DNA from: Limisphaerales bacterium
GTDB taxonomy: Bacteria > Verrucomicrobiota > Verrucomicrobiia > Limisphaerales > CAIMTB01
DNA length: 59,780 nt
Direction: 5' to 3'
Assembly (NCBI GenBank): GCA_046155815.1
Contig: JBJXFY010000021.1
Coordinates: 1 to 59,780, forward strand
Shown: in pieces, positions 32,602 through 41,464 of the stretch
Layout: each line of letters starts with the position of its first letter
Position numbering within the stretch: position 1 is the first letter of the stretch
Notes under the pieces: model-generated
Database searches by the model: none
The model's input: only the letters and a program-made list of their open reading frames with translations
Told to the model about the DNA's origin: nothing
Translations under genes and position numbers: made by a program

Positions 32602-32862
32602 ATGACCGCAACCATCGAGCTTCCGGATGAGTGCCGCGATCTTGTCGAGGCGCACCGGGGACGCCTGGGGGAGCTGCTGCTGCTCGGCATCGGGCAGGCA
32701 CGGATTCGTGAGGCGCGGCGGCGGTACGAGGAGGGCGAAATCTCCATCGGCCGCGCCGCGGAATTGGCGGGATTGACGCGCGCAGAGGTCATCCGCGAAG
32801 CGCTGGCCCGTGGAATCGAACCTGCGGTCTCGGAGGAGATGCTGGACGAAGTCACGCGATGA
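32602..32862 (+). CDS. UPF0175-family antitoxin-like HTH protein
   Basis: ORF 32557..32862. ATG at 32602 gives MTATIELPDECRDLVEAHRG...RRRYEEGEISIGRAAELAGLTRAEVIREALARGIEP. 4-nt ATGA overlap with the next gene. Confidence 0.7.
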   Translation: MTATIELPDECRDLVEAHRGRLGELLLLGIGQARIREARRRYEEGEISIGRAAELAGLTRAEVIREALARGIEPAVSEEMLDEVTR

Positions 32863-33338
32863 CCGCGGTCACCAACTCCGGCCCGTTGATGGCGCTGGCC
32901 AAGGTCGGTTCCTTGGAGCTGTTCAGACGCGCGTTTCACGAGGTGATCGTGCCGATGGAGGTTTTTGACGAGGTAGCGGTGGCCGGCGCGGACTCCACGG
33001 ATGGTGCCTTGATCAAGGAGGCCGTTCGCAACGGCTGGTTCCGGCTGCATCCCGCGCCGGCTCCGGCTGCCGAGGCGTGGGCGGGCCTCGACGCCGGCGG
33101 AACCGCGGCCATCCGGCTCGCACAGACTCTGCGAGCAGATGCGGTGCTGCTGGATGACATGGCCGCCCGGCGGGAGGCGCTCGCCCTAGGACTGCGCGTG
33201 ATGGGTACGCTGGGAATTCTGCTGCACGCGGTGGAGCTTGGAACGTGTCCGGAAGCGCAGGCGTTGGAAAGCCTCGACCGGATGCAGGCTAGGAAGGACA
33301 TCTGGCTGCGGCGCGAGCTGATGGAGGCGGCCTGTTGA
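32859..33338 (+). CDS. DUF3368-type PIN-like domain protein (toxin-like partner of UPF0175)
   Basis: ORF 32859..33338: MTAVTNSGPLMALAKVGSLELFRRAFHEVIVPMEVFDEV...LDAGGTAAIRLA...VLLDDMAARREALALGLRVMGTLGILLHAV. Matches the DUF3368 pattern, but positions where I expect acidic residues read N (VTNSG) and G (LDAGG). Confidence 0.65.
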   Translation: MTAVTNSGPLMALAKVGSLELFRRAFHEVIVPMEVFDEVAVAGADSTDGALIKEAVRNGWFRLHPAPAPAAEAWAGLDAGGTAAIRLAQTLRADAVLLDDMAARREALALGLRVMGTLGILLHAVELGTCPEAQALESLDRMQARKDIWLRRELMEAAC

Positions 33339-33363
33339 AACACGGAGTACCCCGGCGTCCAAC

Positions 33364-34899
33364 GTGACATCCCCCTCCCCCATCCTCTTCGGCCTCGAGA
33401 CCGAGCTGGGCATTGCGCGGGATGGCGCGCCCGAGCTGGACGTGGTGGCCGAGTCCATCGCGCTCGTCCGCAGCGTGACCGAGCCGGGCGTGCTGATGCG
33501 CTGGGACTACTCCGCCGAGAATCCGCACCGCGACGTGCGCGGCTTCGAGGTGGACGAGCTGCGCCAGGACTTCGATGAGGCGGGCTACCTGGCGCAGGAC
33601 GCCGCACGCGAGCTGAGCTGGGCCGAGATCAAGAGCGACTTCGTGCTCGGCAATGGCGCGCGTTTCTACAACGACCACGCCCACCCCGAGTACTGCACGC
33701 CCGAGTGCGCCTCCGTCGCGGACCTCGTCGCCCATGACCGCGCGGGCGAGCGCATCGCCACCGCCTGCGCGCGGCGCCTTTCGGAGGTGCGCGGCGCCGC
33801 CGTCCGCCTGTACAAGAACAACACGGACTTCCGCGGCCACAGCTACGGCTGCCACGAGAACTACCTCATCCCCCGCGCCGTTCCGTGGGAGGCGCTCGCC
33901 GCCGCCATCCAGGCCTTCCTCGTCACGCGCCAGATCTTCGCCGGCGCGGGCAAGTTCGCCGTCGAGGACGAGGACCGCTTCGTCGGCCCCGGCTTCCAGC
34001 TCGCGCAACGCAGCGACTTCTTCACCGAGCTGCAGAGCGTGGACACCATGCAGCGCCGGCCGCTCATCAACACGCGCGACGAGCCGCACGCCGACCCCGC
34101 CCTTTGGCGTCGCTTCCACGTCATCCTCGGCGACGCGAACATGTCGCCCTTCGCGACGTGGCTGAAGGCCGGCACGACGGCCCTGGTGCTCAGGGCCATC
34201 ATTCAGGCGGGACGGGCTTCCAGTCCGTCCTCCAGCCTCCGCTGGCCTGTGCTCGCCGATCCGCTTGCCGCCCTGCGCGCCATCTCGCGAGATCCGGCCT
34301 GGAAATGGGAGGTGAAGCTGGCCGGCCGCCGCACCGCCAGCGCCCTCGACATCCAGCGCGCCTACCTCGACGCGGTGAAGGCCCTCGGCGAACCCGCGAC
34401 GCCGGAGCACACGCAATTGATCGCCGCGTGGGAGGAAGTCCTGAACGACCTCGGCGCCGACCCGCGCCGCTGCGCCGACCGCCTCGACTGGGTGGCCAAG
34501 CACGAGCTGGTCCGCTCGTTTCAGAACGCCGAGGGCCTGGCCGACGATGATCCGTGGCTGCGCAGCCTCGACCTTGAGTATCACCGGCTGGATCCGGCGG
34601 AGGGCCTGTTCTTCGGACTCGAGCAGGCCGGGCAGTTGCGGCGTGTGGTGGACGACGCCCAGGTCGCCCGCGCCATCTACGACCCGCCGGCCGACACCCG
34701 TGCCCGCATCCGCGGACGGTGCGTGGACAAGTTCGAGTCAGCCGTCCACTCCGCGCAGTGGGACCACATCACTTTGAAGACTGCGGCCGGCCCGCTCAGG
34801 ATTGACCTGACGCAGCTCTTCTCCCCGGCCGAGCTCGCCCGCGTGGCCGCCGCCGTGGAGGCGGCGAGCACGCCGGACGACCTGCACTCGCTGCTGTGA
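33364..34899 (+). CDS. dop: PafA/Dop-superfamily enzyme, Dop (deamidase/depupylase)-like
   Basis: ORF 33364..34899 (GTG start). Contains LFGLETELGI, GARFYNDHAHPEYCTPEC, LYKNNTDFRGHSYGCHENYL, FLVTRQIFAGAGK, INTRDEPHADP, HVILGDANMS. Dop-like features: insert RWDYSAENPHRDVRGFEV, plus FQLAQRSDF, RAISRDPAW, LDWVAKHEL, PPADTRARIRG. Confidence 0.85.
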   Translation: MTSPSPILFGLETELGIARDGAPELDVVAESIALVRSVTEPGVLMRWDYSAENPHRDVRGFEVDELRQDFDEAGYLAQDAARELSWAEIKSDFVLGNGARFYNDHAHPEYCTPECASVADLVAHDRAGERIATACARRLSEVRGAAVRLYKNNTDFRGHSYGCHENYLIPRAVPWEALAAAIQAFLVTRQIFAGAGKFAVEDEDRFVGPGFQLAQRSDFFTELQSVDTMQRRPLINTRDEPHADPALWRRFHVILGDANMSPFATWLKAGTTALVLRAIIQAGRASSPSSSLRWPVLADPLAALRAISRDPAWKWEVKLAGRRTASALDIQRAYLDAVKALGEPATPEHTQLIAAWEEVLNDLGADPRRCADRLDWVAKHELVRSFQNAEGLADDDPWLRSLDLEYHRLDPAEGLFFGLEQAGQLRRVVDDAQVARAIYDPPADTRARIRGRCVDKFESAVHSAQWDHITLKTAAGPLRIDLTQLFSPAELARVAAAVEAASTPDDLHSLL

Positions 34900-34931
34900 C
34901 GGCCGCCGGGCCGGGAACCGGGGGACTGCCC

Positions 34932-37900
34932 CTAGGGTTCGCGCCGGGGCGGCTCGTCCGGCGGAGCGTTGGTCACCAGATTCCCAAGGGCATCGCCACT
35001 GCCGTCCTCCGCCGGGCCGCGGAAACCGCTGGCGATCCACCCGAGCGCCTGGAAAGGCCAGAAAAGGAACTTGGGCACGTACACGGGTTGTGGCTCCGGG
35101 TCGGCCAACGTGCCCGTGACCTTGAACTCGAACAGTTTCGTGATCGGCGCGGTGAGCACGCTGAAGAGCGGGCCAAGCAGCGAGACGTTGCGGAAGACAC
35201 GCGCCTCGACGCGCGTGTCCACCCGTCGCTCCAAGTCCACCGTGCCGCGGTAATCAAGCCGCACGAGCGCGCTGTTCATCAGCAGGTTGGTCGTGCGGAT
35301 GACGCCGTCGGTGATGGTGAAATCGGCGGTCGCACGGTCGAAGCGCTGGCTGCCGAGGCCGGGCATCAGGGTGTTCAGCGCCGGGCTCATGAAGCCGAAG
35401 ACCGGCACGTCCCAGATCAGGCCGTTCGTCAGCGAGGCGCGGCCGTGGCCGTTCCACGTCATCACGTCGGAGGTCAGGCCGGAGGTGACGTGCAGGTCCA
35501 GCTCGAGCTCGCCCTCGAGCCGGCTGTTGGTGGTGGCGGCATCGCGCATGAGCGGGCCGAGCCGCGCGCCCCGCACCAGTGCGGCGAAGCGGTACGGCGT
35601 GTCCGCCGCGCGCCCGCCCACCTCGAACTCCGCCCAGCCGTCCAGCACGCCTTCGTAGAAGCTTGCATTCAGGTTCGTCAGGGCCAGCCGCCCGCCGGCC
35701 CAACGCAGGTCCGCGTTGATGTTCCGGGCGTGCAGCCGCCAGAAGGTGAAGTCCTCGCCCGCAACGCCGAAGCGCAGGTCGCCGTCGTCCAGGTTCCGCC
35801 GCGCAAACGTGCCGTCCGCCACGATGCGCGGCGGCCGGCCGAAGCGGTAGTGGCGGATCTTCTCCGGGAACTCCGGGCTGATCAGCCCTGCGACCAGCGA
35901 CGGCTCCAGCGCGCTGACGACGTTCGTGAGCCACACGCGGTCCTCATCAAAATGATAGGCTGCCGTCCCGGCCGTGAGCGCCGCGCCGTCGCGGCGCGCG
36001 GCGACGTTCGTGAGCACCATCAGGCGGTTCGTGTACACCGCGCCGACGCTGAGGGCGTCGAAGCGCTCGCCGCGGAAGGCGAGGTTGGTGGCGGCTATCG
36101 TGCCGGCGATGCCCATGCGGTTCCCCTCCGTCCACGGGCCAAAGACGACCACGTCCGCCTCCACGCCTTCGGGAAAGGAGAAGAGGTCCAGCACGGTGCT
36201 GCTCGCCTCGCCGAGCACGGGCTTGAGCACCGGCGGCAGCACCCGGCCGCGCCCGGCGATGCGGTACTGGCCGGACGGCTTGTCGTAGTCAATGTCCACG
36301 GCCTGCGCGCCCTCGGGCCGGGTGCTTTCAAGGTCCGGCAGCCGCCAGCGGCCGGCGTCAAAGTCCAGGCTGGATCGGACCGAATCCACGGGCATGCCCT
36401 TGAACGAGGCCGGTCCCGTACGCACCCGGCCGGAGAACCGGAGGTTCGGCTCGAAGTCCCGCTGCCAGCGCACGGCCCGGTTGGTCCATGCGGGGAACCG
36501 CAGCGAGGCCGAGCCCGTGAATTCCGGCGGGTCGCGCCACTGAAAGCGGCCGAAGTTCGCCCGCCCCGCCGGCCCCAGAAGCGGGTCCAGGCCGTGCAGG
36601 TCGAAGGAGATGGCGACCGCGGCCTCAGCCACGCGCGACTCCACGTCCAGCGTGCCGCGGAGATCCAGCCGCCCGCGGTACAATTCCCCGGTGAGGCGCG
36701 AAACCTCCAGGCGCCTGCCGTCCCAAGCCGTCGCCAGCTCCAGCCGCCGCGCGGTGAAGGCCGGAGAAGCCGCGTCCTCCAGCGCGAGCGAGACCCGGCC
36801 CGCGAACGGCCGCAGGATGTTCCAGAAAGCCAGCTCAGGCGCGGATGCCCCCGGCCCCGCCGCCGGCCGCCACGCGGCATCCAGCTCCACCCGGGCGACC
36901 GAACCGGTCGCCGTCCGCAGGCCCCTCAGTTCCCCGCGCAAGGCGGCCTCCGCAGGCACGAGGTTGGTGCCCAGCCGGCCCAGCCGGCCTTCCAGGCGCA
37001 GCCCCGCGGCGCGCACGGGTTCCCCCAGCCACTCGCCCGCCTCGACCGCGCCCGCGGTGAGCGTGAAGTCCGTCGGCACGTCGCGGCGGCGCAGCAGCTC
37101 GAGGGGCGGCAGTGCGGCGGCCAGGTGATTGGTGGCCCGCAGCGTGAGGCTGCGCGCGCGCAGGCCGCGGGCATGCAGGTGCCCCGCGGTGACCTGCCAG
37201 GCGGCGTTGGTCGGCACCTCGAGCGCGGATCCGGCCAGGAGGCCGCCCTCGATGCGCAGCGCCTCGACACCGCCGTCCCCGGAGCGCGCCTCGGCCACGT
37301 CGAGCATGAGGCGCGCCTGGCGGACGCCTTCCACCGGCCCACCGGGGGGGAACCGCAGCGCGAGCCGGAGCCCCCGCACGTAGCCGCGCGGCGTGTCGGC
37401 CTCGGGCACCGCGAAGAGCAGTTCCGCGGCCGCGTCCTCGGGCCGTGCGGCGTCGCCCCGCACGAAGACGGTCAGGTACGGCGTGCCGGTCACGCGCCAC
37501 GAGTCGAAGGCCTCGAGGGCGTCCCGGAGCTCTGCCAGCATGCGGGCCCGGCGCGCCGCGTCGGGCGGCGCGCCGGCGCGCCGGCGGGTGAGCTGCACCG
37601 CGTTGGTGATGACGCCCGAGAACTCAAGTCGAACCCCCAGCACCTCGGCGGCGCAGCGGTCCACCTGCACCACGTCGCCAGGGTGGAAGGCGACCTCCGC
37701 GACGACGTGGCGGAACACCAGTGCGCGGGCTGCGGCGCGCCCGGCCGCGGGCAGCGGCTGCACCAGCTCGCCGTCCCGGATCTCCAGCGCGCGGAGCAGG
37801 CCGAGGTCGCCGCGCCACGGCGGCGGGCGGAGCCGGAGGCGGGCCTCGGGGATGCGCAGGACCGGGGCGTTGGTCCCCGCACCCAGCACCACCCGCAGGC

Positions 37901-38150
37901 CGCGCGCGAGCAGGCCGTCGCGGAGGCTGAACCGGAGAGAGGCGACGCCGGCCTCGAGGCCCTGCGCCCGCAGCTCGGCAAACACGCGCGCCTTCACCAC
38001 CTCCGGCACGCCGAGGAACTGGACCCAGCACAGCGCCGCCGCCGCCGCGAACACGCCCAGCAGCACGGCGATGCGACAGCCGCGGAGGACGCGCCGCCAG
38101 CGCGGCCGGGGAGGGCGGGGCTCCGTCTTCGTGGCCGCGGCTTCGTTCAC
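34932..38150 (-). CDS. AsmA-like/TamB-like large envelope protein (N-terminal TM anchor, AsmA_2-type C-terminus)
   Basis: ORF 34932..38150(-), GTG start. N-terminal anchor RIAVLLGVFAAAAALCWVQFL followed by a long repetitive beta-rich body. C-terminus GLIWDVPVFGFMSPALNTLMPGLGSQRFDRATADFTITDGVIRTTNLLMNSALVRLDYRGTVDL...FEFKVTGTLADP resembles AsmA-family ends. Confidence 0.65.
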   Translation of the reverse strand: MNEAAATKTEPRPPRPRWRRVLRGCRIAVLLGVFAAAAALCWVQFLGVPEVVKARVFAELRAQGLEAGVASLRFSLRDGLLARGLRVVLGAGTNAPVLRIPEARLRLRPPPWRGDLGLLRALEIRDGELVQPLPAAGRAAARALVFRHVVAEVAFHPGDVVQVDRCAAEVLGVRLEFSGVITNAVQLTRRRAGAPPDAARRARMLAELRDALEAFDSWRVTGTPYLTVFVRGDAARPEDAAAELLFAVPEADTPRGYVRGLRLALRFPPGGPVEGVRQARLMLDVAEARSGDGGVEALRIEGGLLAGSALEVPTNAAWQVTAGHLHARGLRARSLTLRATNHLAAALPPLELLRRRDVPTDFTLTAGAVEAGEWLGEPVRAAGLRLEGRLGRLGTNLVPAEAALRGELRGLRTATGSVARVELDAAWRPAAGPGASAPELAFWNILRPFAGRVSLALEDAASPAFTARRLELATAWDGRRLEVSRLTGELYRGRLDLRGTLDVESRVAEAAVAISFDLHGLDPLLGPAGRANFGRFQWRDPPEFTGSASLRFPAWTNRAVRWQRDFEPNLRFSGRVRTGPASFKGMPVDSVRSSLDFDAGRWRLPDLESTRPEGAQAVDIDYDKPSGQYRIAGRGRVLPPVLKPVLGEASSTVLDLFSFPEGVEADVVVFGPWTEGNRMGIAGTIAATNLAFRGERFDALSVGAVYTNRLMVLTNVAARRDGAALTAGTAAYHFDEDRVWLTNVVSALEPSLVAGLISPEFPEKIRHYRFGRPPRIVADGTFARRNLDDGDLRFGVAGEDFTFWRLHARNINADLRWAGGRLALTNLNASFYEGVLDGWAEFEVGGRAADTPYRFAALVRGARLGPLMRDAATTNSRLEGELELDLHVTSGLTSDVMTWNGHGRASLTNGLIWDVPVFGFMSPALNTLMPGLGSQRFDRATADFTITDGVIRTTNLLMNSALVRLDYRGTVDLERRVDTRVEARVFRNVSLLGPLFSVLTAPITKLFEFKVTGTLADPEPQPVYVPKFLFWPFQALGWIASGFRGPAEDGSGDALGNLVTNAPPDEPPRREP

Positions 38151-39958
38151 GGCGGGGGCGGGCCGCCACCGGGCAGCCGGAGCTGGGACCAGAGCGCGTC
38201 AAAGACGGGTCCGGCGAACTCAAAGACGGGGGCCTGCGCGCCGCCGGCGCGGGCGTAGACGTTGCCACGCGGGCTGCGCTTGCCGAAGTCCAGCAGCAGC
38301 GGAGGCGGGCGCGTGCCGGCGGCAGTGCGGAACTCGAGGGTCAGCTTGATGCCCGTGCTCAGGCCGAAGCGCCCGGCGGCGTCGTTGCGCGCCACCCAGC
38401 CGAGCGCGCGGGCGGACCCCAGCCGGTGCAGGGCCTCGTCGAGCGCGAAGGGATTGACCTCGTTGCGGTAAAGGGGCGGAAGCTCCCAGTGGTTCGTGCC
38501 CTGGCGCGTCAGGGACCATGGCTGGTCCCCGTGCTGCACGAGTACCGCGACGACATTTGTGCCGGGGAACGACCACAGGCCGAGGTCGCGCAGCTCCCAT
38601 GGCTCGACGTCCACCTCGGCCAGCTCCGCCGCAAGCACCTCGTACACCGGCGGCTCGCCCAACCGTCGCGCGTGGACGCGGTCCCCCCGCGCCGTGCCAA
38701 GGTCGAGCCGGGCCAGCGGGTTCGTCGAGCCGGCGGCGAGGAGCGTGAAGGACCGGCGCGGCGGAGCGAGGCCGAAGCGCGCCAGGTCCAGCTCGGTCAC
38801 GACCTCCTTCGCCACGTCCGCCATGCCCAGCGCGGTGAGCCGGGCGAGGAATCCCGCGGCCAGGCCCGGGTCGGCGTCCCACGCGTTGGTACCCTCCGTG
38901 AGCCGCCAGCCGTCGCCGCCGGCGGCGCGGGCGAGCGTGAAGTCGTTGGTGCCCGTGACCCGCACCGAGGCGAGGCTGGCGGGCGCAACGTCCAGGAGAC
39001 GCCGGTCAAGCAGCGCGGTGTATGGGACGCGCACCAGCGCGAGCAGCGCGGCGGGCACGGCGACGAGGTTGCCCGGCGCGGACCGGCGGGCATAAACGGC
39101 GCCGGCGGCGTTGGTGGCCGGGCCGCCCAGCTCCGCGGTGAGGAAGAAGTTCGTGCCGGTGCCGAAGGCGAGCGTGGCCTGCGGCGGCCGCAGGCCGAAC
39201 GCCTCCAGCCCGGCGGGCGGCGTATCCGTCACGAAGCGCCCGACCATGGCGCCCTCGATCCCGCGCAGCAGCTCCTCGACCTGCCGGACGTCCGCTCGCG
39301 CGGGCCGGGGCTCGATGATCTGCCAGGCGTCGTTCGTGCCGGTGCGGGTCAACGTCCACGCGCCGGCGGGCGAGGTGACGCGCAGGCGGTCGAAGCCGCC
39401 CGCCGCGGGGGGCAGAAAGCGCGGGTCGCGCCAGTCGTCCGCCCGCCGCGGCAGCGCGTCGAAGAGGCTGATGTCCGCGGTGAAGATGCCCGCCCGCCCG
39501 AGCGCCTGGAGGTGGACGGCGCCGCCGTCGAAAACGGGCAGTCCGAAATGGACCTCGGTCCCGCCGGCCGGGGTCCGCAGCACGAGCGCCGCCTGGGCCG
39601 GCGCCAGGCCGAAGGCCGCCGCGGCGTCCGGGCGGGCGCGCAGCTCGGCAGGCGGCAGCACGGAATGCCCCCGCAGTGCGGCCAGTCGGTCGAGCAGCGA
39701 GCGGATGCGGACCGGATGCCCCGGGTACTCGACCGGCTGGACCAGGTGCCAGGTGCCGTTCGAGCGCACGGCCTCGATGAGCAGGTTCGTCCACCGCACG
39801 GTGATGCTGAAGACGGCGGCGGGATCGAGCCCGCCAAGGACGGGCTGCGGGGCGGCGGCGCGGGCGCGGGCGAGGCGGCGCGGGCGCTCGACCAGCAGGA
39901 TGAACGCCGCCAGCGCGAGGGCCAGCGTCACCAGCCAGGCGGTGGTCTTGCGGTTCAT
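38147..39958 (-). CDS. DUF4340 domain protein
   Basis: ORF 38147..39958(-). N-terminal anchor MNRKTTAWLVTLALALAAFILLV. Repeated ...W.L.... modules. Sits directly after a GldG-like gene, as DUF4340 genes typically do. Its stop overlaps the next gene's start by 4 nt. Confidence 0.65.
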   Translation of the reverse strand: MNRKTTAWLVTLALALAAFILLVERPRRLARARAAAPQPVLGGLDPAAVFSITVRWTNLLIEAVRSNGTWHLVQPVEYPGHPVRIRSLLDRLAALRGHSVLPPAELRARPDAAAAFGLAPAQAALVLRTPAGGTEVHFGLPVFDGGAVHLQALGRAGIFTADISLFDALPRRADDWRDPRFLPPAAGGFDRLRVTSPAGAWTLTRTGTNDAWQIIEPRPARADVRQVEELLRGIEGAMVGRFVTDTPPAGLEAFGLRPPQATLAFGTGTNFFLTAELGGPATNAAGAVYARRSAPGNLVAVPAALLALVRVPYTALLDRRLLDVAPASLASVRVTGTNDFTLARAAGGDGWRLTEGTNAWDADPGLAAGFLARLTALGMADVAKEVVTELDLARFGLAPPRRSFTLLAAGSTNPLARLDLGTARGDRVHARRLGEPPVYEVLAAELAEVDVEPWELRDLGLWSFPGTNVVAVLVQHGDQPWSLTRQGTNHWELPPLYRNEVNPFALDEALHRLGSARALGWVARNDAAGRFGLSTGIKLTLEFRTAAGTRPPPLLLDFGKRSPRGNVYARAGGAQAPVFEFAGPVFDALWSQLRLPGGGPPPP

Positions 39959-39976
39959 CGCGGGAAATCTGCCGGA

Positions 39977-41464
39977 TCACCGCCGCCGCCACCAGACCAG
40001 CGCGCCGAGCAGCAGCACGCCGCCGGGCAGCACGCCGAGCAGCAGCCAGCGCAGCGTCCGCCGTTCGGCGGGTGACATGACCACTTGGTAGCTCCGCACC
40101 GGGCGCGGCGGCACTCCCGCCAGCAGCGGCGAGCGGTCCAGCAGCCAGTTCACCGCCAGCACCGCGAAGTCGCGGTTCGCCCCGAGGTCAATCACCCCGT
40201 TGGCGAGGAAGGTGGCGTCGCCCGTCACGACAAGCCGGGTGGTGCCGACGGCGGCGGCCACGCCGGGCAGCGCGCCCTTTTCGACCGCCACGGCGAGGGA
40301 CAGCTCGCCGCGCGGGCTGCCCGGCGCGACACGCCAGGCCCCGCGGGTGAACGTGGTGGCGGCCACGGCGTTGGTGCCGGTGAGAACCAGTCCATCCGCG
40401 CGGGCCAGGGCCCCGGCCCCGCCGGCCGGTTCGAGCGCCGCCACCAGCCGCGGCTGCACGAGCAGCAGCCGGCTGCCGCGCAGCGGGCGCGTGATCGGAT
40501 GCGCGCCAAACGCCCCGGCCTGCAGCAGGCCGCCCTCGGTGTTGGCCGGGTCCAGCACCAGGCTGTCCGGTGCGGACACGCCCCACTCGGCGAGCAGCGG
40601 CTCGAGGCCCGTCACGGCGCGGGACCGCAGCAGCACAAGCACCCGCCCGCCCCGGCGCAGGTACCCGTCCAGCGCCGCCAGCTCGCGCGCGGTGAAGGGG
40701 TCCTGCGGCCCCGCGAGCACCAGCAGCTCGCAGTCTCGCGGCACCTCGCCGGCGGCGGCCAGGTTCAGCGTCTCCACCCGCGCGTTGTCCTGGGCCATCA
40801 GGTCCGCAAACTGCCGGAAACCGGCCTGCGGCGCGTCCCCGGCGGGGTCGAACTCCCGGTGGCCGGTGACGAAGCAGACGCGGCGGGGGCGACCCTCGAT
40901 CACCGCGTGCAGCGCGGAGGTGAAGAGCGGCTCACCCCGGAACGCCACCGGCCGCACCTCCACCTCGCCGCGCAGCAGCGCACCGGTGTCGAATTCCGAG
41001 AGCTCGCGCGCATACACCACCTTCTGGAAGCCGCCCGAGTCGAAGAGCACGAGGTCCGGGCGGTCGCCGGCCAGGTCGAGCTGGTGCTCCCGCCGGAATG
41101 CCTGCGCCGCGGCGGGGTCGAGCGGGTAGTCGATTTCCCGCACGCGCACCCGCGGGGACGTGGCCTCGTACTCGCGCAGCAAAGCGCGCACGGCGGGGTA
41201 GGCGGGGTCGGTCCGGCTGAAGAACACCGTGACCCGCACCTCGTTGGTGAGCGCGCCGAGCACGCGCAGCGAGAGCGGCGAAAGCGGCGGCGTGCCTGTG
41301 GCTCCCCAGTGCAGCCGCGGGGCGTAGAGGACGGCGAGGTAGTTCGCCATGCCCGCCAGCGCCAGCACGGCGAGCAGCGACCAGGCCACGCTCCACGCGG
41401 CGCCGAGGCGCTGCGCGCGGGTGAAGCTGGGGCGGAGCCCGGGGGAATCGTCGTTCACGGTCAC
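39977..41464 (-). CDS. GldG-like ABC-transporter auxiliary protein (ABC-type uncharacterized transport system)
   Basis: ORF 39977..41620(-). In-frame GTG at 41464 overlaps the permease stop (GTGA). TM segments at both ends (WSVAWSLLAVLALAGMANYL; LRWLLLGVLPGGVLLLGALVWW). Contains ...VRVTVFFSRTDP...LREY.... Confidence 0.7.
   Translation of the reverse strand: MTVNDDSPGLRPSFTRAQRLGAAWSVAWSLLAVLALAGMANYLAVLYAPRLHWGATGTPPLSPLSLRVLGALTNEVRVTVFFSRTDPAYPAVRALLREYEATSPRVRVREIDYPLDPAAAQAFRREHQLDLAGDRPDLVLFDSGGFQKVVYARELSEFDTGALLRGEVEVRPVAFRGEPLFTSALHAVIEGRPRRVCFVTGHREFDPAGDAPQAGFRQFADLMAQDNARVETLNLAAAGEVPRDCELLVLAGPQDPFTARELAALDGYLRRGGRVLVLLRSRAVTGLEPLLAEWGVSAPDSLVLDPANTEGGLLQAGAFGAHPITRPLRGSRLLLVQPRLVAALEPAGGAGALARADGLVLTGTNAVAATTFTRGAWRVAPGSPRGELSLAVAVEKGALPGVAAAVGTTRLVVTGDATFLANGVIDLGANRDFAVLAVNWLLDRSPLLAGVPPRPVRSYQVVMSPAERRTLRWLLLGVLPGGVLLLGALVWWRRR

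Noticed and set aside
32602-32862. Whether the 86-aa protein between mpa and dop could be the missing Pup/UBact-like modifier
   Set aside because: It has a folded HTH-like UPF0175 pattern (GRAAELAGLTRAEVIREAL) and ends ...LDEVTR, not GG[QE] or R[TS]G[EQ]. It is also ATGA-coupled to a PIN-like gene, as in toxin-antitoxin pairs.
34896-38258. 1120-aa plus-strand ORF opposite the AsmA-like gene. Similar shadows occur at 45606..48506(+), 16960..19299(+), 20331..22397(+), 22162..24282(+), 24189..26306(-), 31136..32587(-) and 14099..15499(-).
   Set aside because: All have Arg/Gly/Ala/Pro/His-dominated composition and lack hydrophobic cores or motifs. Each is antisense to a gene with clear homology-type signatures. 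Treated as non-coding.
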